A DNA stretch of 63,507 bases, filler included, from Octopus bimaculoides (Eukaryota): assembly GCF_001194135.2 (NCBI RefSeq). It is 6 parts of 6 records of this genome, joined end to end, with 100 filler letters (N's around TTAATTAATTAA, not from the genome) between each part and the next. Parts side by side here need not be neighbours in the genome. Positions count along the whole stretch, not along the records: positions 59,779 to 62,159 come from NC_069005.1; positions 62,260 to 63,507 come from NC_068999.1; 4 more parts are not named here. One strand, 5' to 3'. This document shows, in pieces, positions 62,143 through 63,507 of this stretch. The translations under genes and the position numbers were made by a program. A model generated the notes under the pieces. It had not been told where the DNA came from, did not search any database, and saw only the letters and a list, made by a program, of their open reading frames with translations. How positions within the stretch are numbered: position 1 is the stretch's first letter; each line of letters starts with the position of its first letter.

Positions 62143-63052
62143 ATGTATATATGTATATANNNNNNNNNNNNNNNNNNNNNNNNNNNNNNNNNNNNNNNNN
62201 NNNTTAATTAATTAANNNNNNNNNNNNNNNNNNNNNNNNNNNNNNNNNNNNNNNNNNNNACTTTCTCTCTCTCTCACACAGACTCTTTCTTTCTCATATA
62301 CATATATACATATATACACACACACATACGTATATATATATAAATGTCACTGTATACACATAAATACACATATTAACACACACAAGGGAACGCAGAAGAC
62401 ACATACGCACTTATACAAGCGCTTATATATATATATATATATATATATAGGCTGACGCTTATATATGTATTCGTATATAATTCATAAAAATATAGTGCAA
62501 AAAGGAGGAGGGGGCGAAACGAATTCACTCAGCACCGGTTATAGAGTATTATTAAATTTATTAGAATCTATACTCAACGCACATTCTAATTTTCGATGAC
62601 CTTTCATTCATTTCCATTAACTCATTCATTGGAACAATTTCATTTGTAGACAAATTTATACTTATTCATTGATATTCACAATTACCTTGTCAGTGAATGA
62701 AAGTATTCATCGAAACTGATTCGTTCAGTATAATCATTTCATTCGCTGTATACTAATTCATTCATAACGGCTAATTCCTTCACTGTAATTGTAAATCTCA
62801 TTCGATGAGATGTTCCCAATGATGTATCCTGTATGGCAATCCTAATTAATTTTGGTCATCATCAACATTATATCTGTTAATTGGCTATAATTGTATGTTT
62901 GGCGAGATTTCCGATCGATCGATTCAGATATAAAAGAAGTATGCATTGACATAATGACAATAAAAACCGTAAAACTAATAGTGAAAACAAATGGTAAAAG
63001 CAGAACCAACACCATATATGTATGTGTGTGTGTGGATGTATCTGTGTATGTA

Positions 63053-63120
<68 letters not shown>

Positions 63121-63179
63121 AGTATTTGTATCTATATATGTGTGTATTGTGTGTGTATGAACATACATATATATATATG

Positions 63180-63470
63180 GTGTGAATGACTCTCCTATCA
63201 CAAGCGACCGCATCATACGAGGGTTCACCAACCTCTTGTTGAGCAACCTGGCCGGATGATTTGTTAATAGTGATCAAATGTTTGCGTTGCACCTTAGCTC
63301 CATCCCTCCATCAAATTGTTGGTTGTACAGGGCCATGGTGCATGGGGCTGACACGCTTCAGGTGTGGAAATTGTTGCAGAGCAACGGGAGATGAGGTGTT
63401 TTCGGAATCGATATCGGAATCGAAACCACTATCAAGAGATCACGATTGCAACACACCTAACAACTAATCT
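63180..63470 (-). mobile_element. Diverged family-E-like SINE
   Basis: gaggtgttttcgg..ggaatcgaaaccac..cacctaacaact and gagggttcaccaacc echo family E blocks. Confidence 0.55.
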
Positions 63471-63473
63471 ATG

Positions 63474-63507
<34 letters not shown>

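Overview
AT-rich, microsatellite-dense eukaryotic (animal) DNA with many N gaps. The SINE families look to me like those of octopus/coleoid cephalopods, which is an inference from recall and not a database match. Five 100-bp spacers (44 N + TTAATTAATTAA + 44 N) are artificial joins, so the six segments may not be true neighbours. Only one host-gene exon is well supported: a minus-strand internal exon (13345-13505) of a CRPPA/ISPD (CDP-ribitol pyrophosphorylase, IspD family) homologue. Almost all else is decayed mobile DNA: Penelope-like RT/GIY-YIG remnants, CR1/L2-group LINE pieces, R4/Dong-like RLE retrotransposon pieces, Tc1/mariner derivatives, a Helitron helicase fragment and at least four SINE families. 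Most long ORFs in the track are microsatellite or N artefacts. The best candidate for a new system is a repeat family with a tRNA-like Pol III head joined to a tail carrying a minimal type I hammerhead ribozyme motif. Its insertion structures resemble those of Penelope (inverted partial tail copies). Two further hammerhead-like repeat families and a Penelope-like ORF are in the same window. No prokaryotic features, CRISPR arrays, rRNA or true tRNA genes were seen.
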